In this document: positions 62,805 through 64,000 of the stretch, piece after piece | How the letters are laid out: each line of letters starts with the position of its first letter | Numbering within the stretch: position 1 is the stretch's first letter | Assembly: GCF_964204645.1 (NCBI RefSeq) | Contig: NC_134028.1 | Location: 1,116,001 to 1,180,000, forward strand | DNA: 64,000 bases | From: Tubulanus polymorphus | Taxonomy: Eukaryota > Animalia > Nemertea | Reading direction: 5' to 3' | The notes under the pieces: generated by a model | Told to the model about the DNA's origin: nothing | The model's input: only the letters and a program-made list of their open reading frames with translations | The model's database searches: none | Made by a program: the position numbers and the translations under genes

Positions 62805-64000
62805 GAATTCACAGGTCCCATACGATACCTTCATCGCTTACCCCCGTGCATAAACAGAATTCACAGGTCCCATACGATACCTTCATCGCTTACCCCCGTG
62901 CATAAACAGAATTCACAGGTCCCATACGATACCTTCATCGCTTACCCCCGTGCATAAACAGAATTCACAGGTCCCATACGATACCTTCATCGCTTACCCC
63001 CGTGCATAAACAGAATTCACAGGTCCCATACGATACCTTCATCGCTTACCCCCGTGCATAAACAGAATTCACAGGTCCCATACGATACCTTCATCGCTTA
63101 CCCCCGTGCATAAACAGAATTCACAGGTCCCATACGATACCTTCATCGCTTACCCCCGTGCATAAACAGAATTCACAGGTCCCATACGATACCTTCATCG
63201 CTTACCCCTACCCCGCCCACCCCGTGCATAAACAGAATTCACAGGTCCCATACGATACCTTCATCGCTTACCCCGTGCATCAACAGAATTCACAGGTCCC
63301 ATACGATACCTTCATCACTTACCCCTACCCCGCCCACCCCGTGCATAAACAGAATTCACAGGTCCCATACGATACCTTCATTACTTACCCCTACCCCGTC
63401 CACCCCGTGCATAAACAGAATTCACAGGTCCCTTACGATACCTTCATCACTTACACCCCCCCCCCGTGCATAAACAGAATTCACAGGTCCCATACGATAC
63501 CTTCATCACTTACACCCCCCCCCCCCCGTGCATAAACAGAATTCACAGGTCCCATACGATACCTTCATCACTTACCCCTACCCCGCCCACCCCGTGCATA
63601 AACAGAATTCACAGGTCCCATACGATACCTTCATCACTTACCCCTACCCCGCCCACCCCGTGCATAAACAGAATTCACAGGTCCCATACGTTACCTTCAT
63701 CACTTACCCCCGTGCATAAACAGAATTCACAGGTCCCATACGATACCTTCATCACTTACCCCTGTGCATAAACAGAATTCACAGGTCCCATACGATACCT
63801 TCATCACTTACCCCTACCCCGCCCACCCCGTGCATAAACAGAATTCACAGGTCCCATACGATACCTTCATCGCTTACCCCCGTGCATAAACAGAATTCAC
63901 AGGTCCCATACGATACCTTCATCACTTACCCCCGTGCATAAACAGAATTCACAGGTCCCATACGATACCTTCATCACTTACCCCTACCCCGCCCACCCCG
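62805..64000. repeat. 52/66-bp minisatellite running off the window end
   Basis: Unit GAATTCACAGGTCCCATACGATACCTTCATC(G/A)CTTACCCCCGTGCATAAACA; the long variant adds 14 nt (..CCCCTACCCCGCCCACCCC..). About 20 units visible. Confidence 0.96.

Noticed and set aside
62805-64000. CRISPR array or HKQNSQVPYDTF repeat protein
   Set aside because: Head-to-tail minisatellite without spacers; the frames shift with unit length.

Overview
Eukaryotic (animal, invertebrate-type) genomic DNA: AT-rich, CpG not depleted, short GT-AG introns. The taxon cannot be fixed from sequence alone. Hand-spliced gene models from left to right are: SLC38A10-like amino-acid transporter (-, 16 coding exons, ~811 aa, with a VNPAGx hexapeptide repeat tail); actin (+, 376 aa, two CArG boxes and a TATA box, head-to-head with SLC38A10); DECR2-like peroxisomal 2,4-dienoyl-CoA reductase (-, 287 aa); a broken LRR gene relic; DHRS7B-like SDR (+, 305 aa); and ZMIZ1/2-like SP-RING coactivator (-, 14 exons found, N-terminal exons not found). 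About 27 kb of non-coding sequence follows. The best novelty candidate is an intact, stand-alone LINE ORF1-type gene (coiled coil + RRM + CTD, no ORF2), nested antisense in the single large DECR2 intron; it could be an L1TD1-like domestication. The second is a family of 32-40 bp palindromes with 7-bp target-site duplications that resemble P-element excision footprints. Also present are a 141-bp foldback in the SLC38A10 3' UTR, a triplicated segment with CTCF-like motifs, and several minisatellites. There is no CRISPR array or prokaryotic system.
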